Below are positions 11,288 to 22,585 of a DNA stretch of 64,000 nt, in pieces (position 1 is the stretch's first letter; every line of letters starts with the position of its first letter). The DNA is from Narcine bancroftii. Taxonomy: Eukaryota. Below the pieces are notes generated by a model. That model had not been told where the DNA came from. It was given only the letters and a program-made list of their open reading frames with translations, and made no database searches. The DNA is taken from contig NC_091473.1 in the NCBI RefSeq assembly GCF_036971445.1, forward strand, positions 205,468,001-205,532,000, written 5' to 3'. Position numbers and translations under genes: made by a program.

Positions 11288-13209
11288 AACAGATCATCTC
11301 GCCGCGTATCAACGTGTGAAAATGAAGCTTTGAAAAATCATTTGCTGCTCCGTCCATGCGCCACAACCCAAATGGGTGACTTGCGGTGATTATCCAGTTT
11401 TGTGCTACTGTTAAAAATTAGCTTAATCAAATAACAGATACAATTTACTGTCATGTAATAAAACAGCAATTGAATGTTAGACTGCCATAAGGTGGAGAAA
11501 GGTTTTCCACTAGCATTAGCATTGCTCGGAGCCCGTGTGAGTGAGAAAAAGTCCCTCCAGAACCTACGAGTGTCCGTGCAATCCTGTTGCCTCTGAAACC
11601 GCACAATATTCCAGTTCAGCATAAACGATCAGCAAAAGGCGCCCAAATTTAAACATCGAGCCCAATGAGGAAGCCTAAAGCCCCAAGGATCCTTCGAGAG
11701 CCCTCATTGTCTTTAGTATCACCTTAAATCCTTATACCGAAAACCGCTTCTCTTGTGGCAACCTGCAGCTGGTGTGAGTCTTTTGGCCTGGAGTCGGTAG
11801 CAACCCGCAGCCTGTTTGCTTTCCACGCCTGTCAATCGCTAAGAGACCCCCACATGCTTGTGTTGTAGAGGCCATCGCTGGTCCGTCACGATGGTCATCG
11901 TCCTTCTGTCGTGTCCTCTGATTCTCCGCCTCAACAGGTTCCCCTTACTGGTGTCCTGCACCAGCCCACTCCTCTCGCAGAATCTGAAACCCCACGTCGC
12001 CGTCAGCGGACACATTGGTTCATGACCTCGAGGTCGCAGATATCAAAATCAAGCAGTGTCGGTTCTTTTGTCAGGTCATTGTAAGCCTGTACAGAGCCTC
12101 ACACAAGAATTGAATGCTAAAAAACCACAGGTCAGCACGAAATGTAGTGCTGCCTTTACCGCAGTCCCGGCAGTGTCGCCATTCCATCTAAGTCTGCGCC
12201 TACAGTCACTTGGACAGAAGAGAGGTATGGCTTTGAAAATTTAGACAGAACTCTCTCTTTGCCTCGCTCCTTTTCTCATCCGAGGTTATTCTCTTTTTCC
12301 GACCCCTTGACAGTGGGAAGAATTTCTCTCTTTAAATTAAAGCCATTAGGGGTATAACCCGACTCAACACTTTGTACATCCATTGTATCCTGTTTCACCT
12401 GTTAACGCACCTTATTAGCCTTTCAAATTTGCATCCAGATTTCACTTTTAAAATGCCTCTCATTTATAAACCTTTCTGTGATAAAGCATCACCAGTGAAA
12501 TTTACTGCAACTGCAACCTGACTTTGCAGAGCAATAGACCACAAACACAGGTGACGAATGTTTGGATGAAATGGTACCACAAGGACGTGAATATGAATCA
12601 TCACCACATCCTGATTCGGTGCATCGAGGAAATGGATAGGATACTTTTCAGGACGCAGTTGTAGACATGTTAGACATAGATATTGCACCATATGGGCCAT
12701 TTCAATAGATGTTGGCAAAACATTCTCATTCTCCATGCTATGAGACTTTGGGTGCTCATTTCATTTGTTAGGAAAATGAAGTATGCCTTGGATAGAAGGA
12801 GAATTATTTCTCGAAATTAACTACATTCGGAAACCTCTTGGTCTTGTTCAAGCTTTGCCAGAATGGGTCTCCTATCTGGTTAGCGAGGATTCCTTTCTCC
12901 GTTTTGATTTGGTTATCCCCATAGCTTGCATTTTTATTTGTAATATTATACACTGCTCATATTAAACAAAAATGTGACACTTACACAGCAGTTAGGCTTT
13001 ATTTTTGCATTACCTGGTGCAAATTATTTTTGTTGTTTTGTCTGTAAAGGAGGCAAAACAGAACGATTTACTCCGTATCGGCTGAAATGACAATGAACAA
13101 TTAAATGTCGTTTTCTGTGTCCATTTCTGTTATCAGCTAATTGCATAAGGATAATGTAAATAAAGATGTACCTGATATTATGCTTGAACACTATTTCAAA
13201 ACGTGGGAT

Positions 13210-13832
13210 TCCGATTTGAAATAATGCTGGCCGAATGTTTAAAGGATCAGTTTAACTGCAATAGATGCTTCATTATCTTGCATCTATCGAAAAGTCTCTT
13301 TGGATCGACACATTAAACTGAAGCAAAAGTATGGTTTATAAGCTGAGAAAATGTATTTACTTTAATTTAGCTTTCTAAATCTATAAAGATTGGGTCTTTA
13401 TTCTTTGGAGCGTAGAAGGTTGAGAGGGGATTTGATAGAAGTATTTAAGATTATGAAAGGGATAGACAGAATGGATGTGGATAGACTATTTCCGTTAATA
13501 GGAGGAAAGATTAAAACAAGAAGACATGAGTTAAGAATTAAGGGGCAGAGGTTTAGAGGTAACATGAGGGGGAACTTCTTTACTCAGAGAGTGGTAGCCA
13601 TGTGGAATGAGCTTCCGGGAGAAATAGTGGCGGCGGAGTCAATTGTATTATTTAAGAAAAGGTTGGACAGGTATATGGATGAGAAGAAGATGGAGGGTTA
13701 TGGGCATTGTGCAGGGAGGTGGGACTAGAGAGGGGTGTTTGGTTCGGTGCGGACTAGAAGGGCCTAATGGCCTGTTTCCGTGCTCTAATTGTTATGTTAT
13801 GTTAGGCAACTTCTGCGGAGTTGTATTATTTT
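13210..13832 (+). pseudogene. Possible very decayed V relic split by the young CR1 insertion
   Basis: FEIMLAECLKDQFNCN (13214-13261) aligns without gaps to FELRVEEGQTVMLNCS of the 36087 V. After the CR1, TSAELYYF resembles DSAxYYC. Its position in the cassette matches the V at 32681. Confidence 0.35.
13386..13805 (+). mobile_element. Young 5'-truncated CR1 LINE
   Basis: Nearly identical to 25230-25660 (GLYSLERRRLRGDLIEVFKIMKG..CAGRWD) with a (GTTAT)n tail. Confidence 0.95.
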
Positions 13833-16800
13833 ATCTTTTTGGGCCAAGAACCGGCATCACTCTCAGAATATATAGGGGAGAGTTTCAACGTAAAGAGGAG
13901 TAAGTTTGGCGTGGGACAAGGTATTGCAGGTGAGAGGTATATGCGGATAGCACCTCTTCGAATGTGTTCCAAACCTTTTTTCAGCACCGATGTCCTCAAT
14001 GTATCTGAGTACTCCATAGCATCGACTGACTCTTCCTCAGTAACTACCTAACACAACTCCAATCAAGCAAAATTTTATGCGGTTACAAGTCAGGTCATTT
14101 CTCTTGAATATCCATTGAGCTGCATATTTCCACAAGTGCCTTACCTATGGGATCCAGTCGAATTATGTGGATAATTATTGGCGTCGGACATTGAATCCAG
14201 TAACCCAGTATAAATGCGTCCGGTATTTGTTAAGATGTTGCGTTGAAATCGTGTTGCCAACAATTGTGAAGAAATTTAAAATCACAGAAATACTTCCTCG
14301 TTTTTGAACCAGGAAGCATTTGTGCTTCCACTGCTTGACCATGGCAGGGGGAAGCGTTCGTTTTTACAAGTTTGGGCACTGTTCACATTTGAGGATCATA
14401 GCACTGATCAACTCTTTGTATGAGAACTTCGAAAAAAGGAACTGACATCATTATCTTAACCACAGGCTCCTTCATGAAACGTTGTTTTTTTCCAGTATCG
14501 TGGGGAGGTAAGGCCACGAGGTTCGTTCGAGCAAAAGTGGAATATTGAGAGATACAATAATACATAGAGGGTGAGGAATTGCGAGGGAGAGACAGAGGCA
14601 TGGAGACAGATGGACAGAGAGAGGTGGAAAACAGTCAACCCACATAAAGAAAAACTTTTAGAGATTCGTGGAGCGTCGATACCGTCCATACCTTCCACCT
14701 TGACCATGCCGATCAAACTGTCCCACCCACACAAGTCTCACCTTGCAATCGTATGTATCTCAATCACCTCATTCTGCAGCCTGTTCTGCATATCCACCAC
14801 CTCCACGCTTTCGTCCACCTCAATAACCTGTTAAATATATTTTCCTACACCTTAAGCCCATGGTTACAGATTCACTAACTCAAAGCAAAAGACTGCGTTC
14901 ACCCGATAAATCCCTCTGCTGATTATATGTATACTACGAGATCACCGTAGCCATCGCACGGTCCAATGAATGTTCATAGCCTTCTCAAAATTTCCATCCA
15001 GCTCAGGTTTCCGAATTGTAGCAACATCCCGACGAATATTCTCTTCAACCTTTCTAGTTTCACAACTTCATTTCTATTGCATGGTAACCATGTTAGAACA
15101 ACAATAATCCAAAGGTGGCCACATCAATGACTCAAACAACTGAAACATTATTTACAAACCTTGTACTCCACACTGTGATTGATGCTAGTCAATCTGAGTT
15201 GAGCCATGCGACGATCATATCTACCAGTTTAGAGATATGAATACCCGAACATTTCTGTTCTTCAATGATTTTCAGATTCATTGCATTCATTCCATGGGTC
15301 ATGACCACACTAGAACTCCAAATGCAGCACCTTACATTTCTGAATTAAATTACGACAGCCATTCAACCGCCTAACGGTTCAAGATTCTGCTGCAATTGTT
15401 GGAAAATGTCTTCACAAACTAAACTACCAGACACTTCTGTGTCATTCGGAAATTTGAAAATCTTGCTAACTACATTTTTATTCAAAATGTATGAATTACG
15501 TCACTTGTGAGAGATCAGCCTATCACATGCTGGAGGAACACCATTCGCAGAAATACAAAATTGCCTCATTTATGAATTACCCCAGACATATGTGTTTAGT
15601 GGCTGGAACATAAAACAAATACTTAAATCTACTTCGGTTTGTCCAGAGTTAAACACTGTTATGAGCCTGTTGTCCTACTGATAATTACCAGGGCCCCCGG
15701 TGAGTTATCTTTAAATGGCTCCTGTGGAACCGTGGTTTGTTTTCATATAACCATAAAACCACTTACAGCACAGAACAGGCCAGTTCGGCCCTACTAGTCC
15801 ATGCCGTAGCAAATCCCCACCCTCCTAGTCCCACTGACCAGCACCCGGTCCATACCCCTCTAGTCCCCTCCTATCCACGTAACGATCCAGTCTTTCCTCA
15901 AATGTAATCAATGATGCAGTCTCGACCACGTCTGCTGGAAGCTCATTCCACATCCCCACCACCCTCTGCGTAAAGAAATTTCCCCTCATGTTCCCCTTAT
16001 AATTTTCCCCCTTCAATCTTAAACCATGTCCTCTAGTTTGAATCTCCCCTTTCTTAATTGAAAAAAGCCTATCCACATTTACTCTGTCTGTCCCTTTTAA
16101 AATCTTAAACACCTCTATCAAGTCCCCTCTCAATCTTCTACGCTCCAGAGAAAAAAGCCCCAGTCTGCACAACCTTTCCCTGTAACTCAGACCCTGAAAT
16201 GCTGTCAACATGCTCGTGAACCTTCTCTGCACTCTCTCTATTGAAAATTCCATGCTTTGTTGCAGAGGCGTGGGGCGATGGTTCAGTGTTGCAGAATCTC
16301 TGAGTTGATGCTGTAACAAGAATAAGCAGTAACCATGAATTACCGTTATCATTCAGTATTTAGTGACCACACCTCTATTTGGCACTTCTGATGATCATAA
16401 GAATCTCTGAGGATGCTACGGATAAGATAACTAGATGATCCAAAAAAGATCAAAACTTAGAATTCTAATCTATTCTATAGTCAGAGTTTCTACTGTTCGT
16501 TATTGGAATAATCATCTTATACTTTTAACTTTCTCTGTGATCATTGCATCTGATGCAGAAGGGTTTCCTATGCCACGCGACCCATACCAGGGCAGAGAAG
16601 CAGCGAATCGCAACAAATTCGAACACTGGTTGTTCCAACCATCTCTCAGCAAAGGGGGCACTTACTCCGCTGAACGGAAGTGATCAGATGCCGATACAGT
16701 TTCCTAGAGAGTAGCAAATACATTCCAAACATTCTTCGTTTCAAGAAGAGGAGCAGAAATTTGTTCATTGTTTCAAACAATCGAGACGTCCACGCGAGTG

Positions 16801-17120
16801 ACGATGACTTCGTATCCATACCGAGTACAAAATGATCAAAACATTTCCTGGATATACAAAAACTTGCATCTTTCTGCGCGTCCAATTGTTTTTACAATCA
16901 GGAGAAGAGACACCTTCATTCTTCTAATCCCATCGTCTTTCTAATAACAAGGAAACATTTATTTTGGGGTAAATCATACTTTGTGCTTGTTACGAATTGC
17001 TGTTGAAATGTGATGCAGAGATTGCAACACAATGACATACAAGTTACACACACACACAAATATTGGCGCACAGTCACATCGAGAGAGAGGAATAGATGGA
17101 TGGATCGATAGATGGATAGA
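13810..17120 (+). repeat. Segmental-duplication cassette, copy A
   Basis: Colinear diverged homology to 32915-35720, with partial copies at 39060-39850 plus 44430-45230 and at 53280-54260 plus 60070-60250. Landmarks include acaagtgccttac (14133/33231), ctcctgtggaa-like (15719/34837/39561/53774) and tcaggag (16898/35517/45077/60101). Confidence 0.8.
15746..16240 (-). mobile_element. Young 5'-truncated CR1 LINE (second subfamily)
   Basis: IERVQRRFTSMLTAFQGLSYRERLCRLGLFSLERRRLRGDLIEVFK..GPGAGQWD is open to the stop. It interrupts the cassette relative to the paralogous copies. Confidence 0.92.
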
Positions 17121-17350
17121 TNNNNNNNNNNNNNNNNNNNNNNNNNNNNNNNNNNNNNNNNNNNNNNNNNNNNNNNNNNNNNNNNNNNNNNNNNNNNNNN
17201 NNNNNNNNNNNNNNNNNNNNNNNNNNNNNNNNNNNNNNNNNNNNNNNNNNNNNNNNNNNNNNNNNNNNNNNNNNNNNNNNNNNNNNNNNNNNNNNNNNNN
17301 NNNNNNGAGGGGGCAGAGGAAGTGAGATAGTGCCGTGGAAAATGCAACAG

Positions 17351-17660
17351 GTGGAAGAACAGCGGGGGATATTGTAAGAAACATTGACGGGCGAGGAAGG
17401 GCAGATCGTGGAACTGAACTGTAGTTATTTGACGAGTCAGACCACATATTCTTCTCACATTCAATGTCTTGGAGAAACTCCGAAATATTTGCTGAAAATA
17501 TATAGCCCGATTGTCTTGATTGGATATCGGGGTCTGTGGAGGAAAAGAGCCTGCGCTTTCACTTGACATTCTCTGGGACTTTGGTGGAGGACTCTGCCTT
17601 GTATTTCTGCGCCGTGCGGCTCACACTGTCCGTGGGCGATGATGGATTCGCACAAAAACT
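17351..17660 (+). pseudogene. Frameshifted TCR V pseudogene with intact 23-RSS
   Basis: TLTGEEGQIVELNCSYLTSQTTYSSHIQCLGETPKYLLKIY (conserved Trp missing), then a frameshift to SGSVEEKSLRFHLTFSGTLVEDSALYFCAVR. RSS is CACACTG (17622-17628) + 23 nt + ACAAAAACT (17652-17660). The leader probably lies in the N run. Confidence 0.9.
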
Positions 17661-18093
17661 TGCATTGAGAATGAGGAAGTTGCCGTGGGTCGTGTCGCCT
17701 TTTAGCCTTGCGTGAGCAAAGACTGTTCTCTTCCTCTAGTCTCTGAGAAATACGCGAGTTAAGGTGGATAAGGTTTTACGAGAGTCGATTAAATGTAGCA
17801 GTGAGAGGGATCGAATGGAAGAGGCAGGGATGTGATGGACGATGAGAGAAGGAAACGCAAGGGAGGGTGAGAGAGAGCGGTGGTGAGAGACAGACCACAG
17901 CGAGCGAATGAGGGATACATTGAATGAGGAAGATGGGGGGAGTTAGCGTGAGAGGATGAAAAACAAGGGAGAGAAAAGGAGAGGGAGAGAAAGAGAGAGA
18001 GGGAGAGAGGGCGCGAGATGCGGAGTATACATAGTGACTCGGAAACGCGAGGAGGATGGAGAAAGGAAGAGGCTGACATTAACAACGTGCTCA

Positions 18094-18515
18094 ATGATAT
18101 CCTCATCCAGGCCGTTCTGGCTGGTGAGTGTCTGTCTGGTTTGTCAGAGCATGTCCGCTAGGTTAACGTTCATTCCAGAGATGATTGAGGAAGATTCAGT
18201 AATCTTGAGCTGCTGGAAGGCATGGCAGAGGATTTACAGACTGTGTCACAGAGCTACAGTTACTTGATGAATACCTCCGCACATTTATGGTACATTAAAG
18301 ATCTTGGAGAACTCCCCACCCCCACCTCAGGCATTGCTGGAAATGTACAGCTGGATCGACATGGTTCCATCTCATTAATGCTGAAGAAGTTATCGGGTTA
18401 TTTTGTAGACAAAAAGACAGTTTCCACTTAACTGACCAAGGGACACGGAATCAGTCGTGTATCTCTGCGTCGTGCAGCCCACTATTCCAGGGCGATGTTG
18501 GGTCCGAGTAAAGCA
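18094..18515 (+). pseudogene. Heavily decayed TCR V pseudogene
   Basis: Leader end with GTGAGT at 18124 and acceptor cattccag at 18178. Remnants read QTVSQSYSYLMNTSAHLWYIKDLGELP and ESVVYLCVVQP. The downstream spacer gggcgatgttgggtccg is homologous to the RSS spacer at 17634. Confidence 0.7.
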
Positions 18516-19429
18516 CCCTGGTAAATAGAAATGGGCAGTGCCACCAGGTTGCGTGCTGTTCCCCGACACCGTCCATATCAGTGCACAGGACGGAGTCCGC
18601 AATTGTGCGTCCCGGGTGAGAGTTGTCTCTTAAGCGCAGCACCAAGCAAGGATATTTGTCTCACTTTCCGATCGGAGATGGAGGAGAGGAATTCAGAGAA
18701 AACACAAAATCTGGTGGACCTCCTTTTGCGAGATATGCGTCAGAGGCAACATCTGCTGAAAAAGTGCGAGAGAAATGATGAAAAAATTNNNNNNNNNNNN
18801 NNNNNNNNNNNNNNNNNNNNNNNNNNNNNNNNNNNNNNNNNNNNNNNNNNNNNNNNNNNNNNNNNNNNNNNNNNNNNNNNNNNNNNNNNNNNNNNNNNNN
18901 NNNNNNNNNNNNNNNNNNNNNNNNTGAAATGGAGAGATCGTGATTGACGAAGAAAAACATCGCAGGAGGGAGAAAGGGGTAAAAATGGAAAGTGAGGAAG
19001 AGTTTGAAAATGATTCATAATAAAAGAGACATTGAGAAAGCAAGAGGGTGAGAGTGGTAGGGGTGAGAGTGTGAGATAGAAACTGATGGGAGGGAGAGAT
19101 TGCACAGCTCGCGAAAGATTAAATAAGTTTAAGGCAGGGTTGCATCCCGGTAGGAATCGCAACAGAGTACCAGAAGGGGAGAGAAGGTGTAGGAAAACGA
19201 GTGAAGGTGATAGAAAGGGCGGAGCCAGAGAGATGGAGGCAGACGTGGGGTGTGGAAATATAGGCGGAAAAAGAGTTCAGAATAAGACGGAGAACGAGAA
19301 ACGGCCAATTAAAACCCAGTTTTCATGGGTTCAACAACGGCACTCTCTTGAGCCTATGTGTGGGGAATGAGTCCTACTGTGGCTCCTGGATGATACACTG
19401 TTACTGAGGCGACCCCACTGTCTTATATT

Positions 19430-21170
19430 ATAGAATCATAGACCACTACAGTACAGACGATATGCCTTTCATCACTTCAAGTCTGTGCCAAAAAAATTCC
19501 AACCACCAGACCCACGGACCTGCACCCATTCCATAACACTCCAGACCTCTCCATCCATGTATACATCCAGTTTAGTTTCAAAACCTCAGAGTGAGGACGT
19601 CATATGGGAACTCGATCACACTCCCGCCACTCTCTGAGTGGATGTTCCCCCTCAACCTTTTCCCTTTCACCATAAAGCTATGTACACTTGTAGTTATCTC
19701 TACAAATCAAAGTGGAAAGAGCCTACTCAATTTTACAGTGTCTACAATTGTCAGAAATTAGTAAACCTCAATCAAGCATCCCCTTATTCCTCCACACTAC
19801 AAGTCCTAACCTGTTTAATCTTTCCGTGTAATTCAACTCCTGAAGATGTGAAACATCCTATTAAATATCTCTGCACTCTTTCAATCTTACATATACCCTT
19901 TGTATTGTTTTGCGACAGAAGTGCACACAGAACTTCAAATGTTCTTATATTTTCTATACGCTTCTCGTAGCTTATTTTCTCTTTGTTCCCTATACGCACT
20001 TCACACTTTCTTCACCAGATCGCAAATGTCCTCAAAAACTAAGGTTCCCTCTGCCTGTTATCTGTGCCTGTAAACCTGACAGGAACATGCAAAATCTGCT
20101 CTCTCAAAATTTCGCCTTTGAAAACCTTCCACTGTCTGAACACATATTTGCCATTAAACATATTATTCCAGTCCATTCTTCCTAGACCTTTTCTCATTTC
20201 CATAAATTGGCCTCTCACCAATTTATAATATAAACTCGAGGGCTAGAACTACCCATGTCCGTAATTAAATTGTAATTAATAATATTATGGTCACTCGACC
20301 CACATGTTCACCAACACATGCTTCTGTCACCTGACCTGTCTGGTTCCATATTATGAGATCAAGTATTGCATCAGCTCTCGTTAGCACTTATATATATTGA
20401 TTAAGTGATCTTTCCTGAACAGATTTGACAAACGTTAAGCCACCCAGCCTTTTTACCACATGGGAGTCCAGTCAATATATGTAAAATTAAAATCACCTAC
20501 TATCCCAACTTTCTGTTTCTTACATTGGTCTGCTTACACTTCACAGATTTGCACCTTCAATTCTCTCAGAGTATAGTAGGGGCTATAATACAAACTTATC
20601 AGTGTGGCCGCACCTTACCTGTTGCTGAAATCCATACATATGGCCTCTGTAGACGAGCCCTCTGTGCTGTCCTGTCTAAGGACTAGTCAGATTCCCTGAC
20701 TAGCAATCTTTCTCCTCCCCCTTTCATCCACCCCCTTCATGTCTGAAAGATAGAATCATGGAGCAATGTGCTGCCAGTCCTGCTGCTCTTGAAATCCCGT
20801 CTCACTAAAGGCAATAAAGTCGTAATTCCACGTGGCAATCCACGGGTTAAAACCGCACGCATTTGCGGCAATACTCGTTGCATTGACATAAATATACCTC
20901 AGAAGATTTCTATCGTGTGCAAACCTTTGATTTCTGTTTATATATGCAGTCTTCACATGACATTTACCCACCTCCACCTCACTATCAGCTCTCACACTCT
21001 GGATTACCTCCCCTTACAAATCAAATTTTCTATTTTTGCCCACCGGAACAGCATCTGCAAACATGCCCGCAGTTCGTATACAAACCCCCTGTCGGAGCAG
21101 GTCCCACCTTCCCCGGAAGAGAGCCGAATGATATATCTATCGAGAGAGATTAAAGAAATATTCGGCAGTT
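19430..21170 (-). mobile_element. Old internally deleted CR1 LINE
   Basis: Minus-strand ORFs contain YIYVNATSI..WIATWNYDFIAFSETGFQEQQDWQ (endonuclease) and GLGRMDWNNMF..WKVFKGEILREQILHVPVR. Confidence 0.8.
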
Positions 21171-21180
21171 CACCTTCATC

Positions 21181-21641
21181 TTGTCTTCCTCCCCATTCCG
21201 ATACTTGCTGATTCTAGGGCCGTTCTGCTTGGCGAGCCTCTGTCTGATGGGTCAGCTCGTGTCCCTCCCGGCTCAGCGCAATTCCTCACATATCACACAC
21301 AGCGTGTTCCGTTCCAGGCAGAAACGTAGGAATCTAGTGACCCACGGACCTGGAACGGAAATCGTGGGAAGTGTCGCCGAGCTTTAGTTACCCGACAAGT
21401 GTTCCCGTATTTTTTTATAACATTGAAATTCCCGTGGAATCTTGGAAATTATTGCTGAAAATCCACGGTTCAGGAGTAGAGGGTCTGTCTCACGATTGGA
21501 CGGACAGAATGAAGGGTTCCTTGGAGAAAAGGGGTCGGATATTCTAGGTCACTCCGGAGATCCTGAAGCGGACGTGGCCGTTTATCTCTGTTCGGTGCGG
21601 TTTACACCCTTACCGGGAAATGGCGGATGCACACAAAGGCT
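21181..21641 (+). pseudogene. Decayed TCR V pseudogene with degenerate RSS
   Basis: Leader-like SSSPFRYLLILGPFCL with a mutated donor (GCGAG), homologous to the 18094 leader and intron. Acceptor is at 21317 and the FR3 end reads EADVAVYLCSVR. RSS is TACACCC (21603) + 23 nt + ACAAAGGCT (21633). Confidence 0.75.
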
Positions 21642-22585
21642 CATTCTGAGATGTGATGTGGATAGAGAGAAAAGGGGAGAAGGAAGACGATAGAGCGCGT
21701 TGAGGATTGAGAAAGGTTAAACAGGTGAACGAGTGAGACAGAGTGAGGTAGAACCGTAGAATGAATGAAGGGGTTAGACGGACGAGTGAGGAAATGCGAG
21801 GGAGGAGATACAAAGAGGGCAGGAGAAAGACGCGGGAAGTGGACAGAGAGGGAGAAACTGAGCGAAGGACGGGGAACGAGATGGGGATTGTCTTATCAAC
21901 TCAGTCTGGTTGGTTCAATCATGGCCACACGAACCAATCCTGTGTGAGGGAAACACTCTCATATCTGGTCCAGGCGTCATTTCGCTTATACGGGATTCTC
22001 GATCTCGCTATGATTGAGTACATGCATGCCTGTGTCTGAAATATATGTAATTCTCTTGCAATGTCTGTAATATATCTCCTTAAAAATTCAGAACAGACAC
22101 AAAGAATTTTGTACCCCAAAATATTTGTTGCATTGTGATTAGATTATCAACAAAACGACTGGATTAGAAAAATCAAGGAGATATTTCTCCTGATCGCAAA
22201 ACCAATGCAAGGTTAACCATGCAAGGTGATGCAATTCGATGCTCATCCTGATTGAAAAGCAGATGAAATTCACCCACATTCACCCACAACACATGGTTTA
22301 TTAAGGTCACCTATTAGGATCCAATTCAATAGATTCAAGAGCCAAGATTCAGGATTCAATATGAAATTTACCGTCAGGTAATAAAAGTGTCTTATTACAA
22401 CAAAAATAATGTTGACTGCTGTAATTGGACAGATTCGTCATCGGCAAAAAATTCCTGAAGCACCTATTACAGTCAGATTAAGAAAGGTAAGAAATAAAGA
22501 GTTCCCCTGGAGTCTACAAATGTCTGTGCATTCAGATCCAGCGCCACCACAGATTCCGCCGCCATAGAATACAGAATAAACCGTA

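Noticed and set aside
10896-11333. ORF-track 145-aa protein (and 47406-47741) as single-exon genes
   Set aside because: The starts lie in introns and the ends run through the RSS. The real structure is leader exon plus V exon needing rearrangement.
13821-14140. Ig FR1-like peptide QEPASLSEYIGESFNV and paralogous ORF 32811-33332 with W..HYC spacing
   Set aside because: The first Cys is absent in both copies, and the Trp and second Cys are not shared. It is better explained as post-V spacer of the duplicated cassette.
14355-14470. J-like word F(E/G)K-GT(D/E)I at 14428 and paralogue 33542, suggesting decayed NAR-TCR-like V-D-J cassettes
   Set aside because: Both copies need indels to read FGKGT and neither has a GT donor. 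The upstream RSS-like words have a 9-nt spacer and are absent in the paralogue. Neighbouring Vs carry leaders, unlike NAR-TCR supporting Vs.
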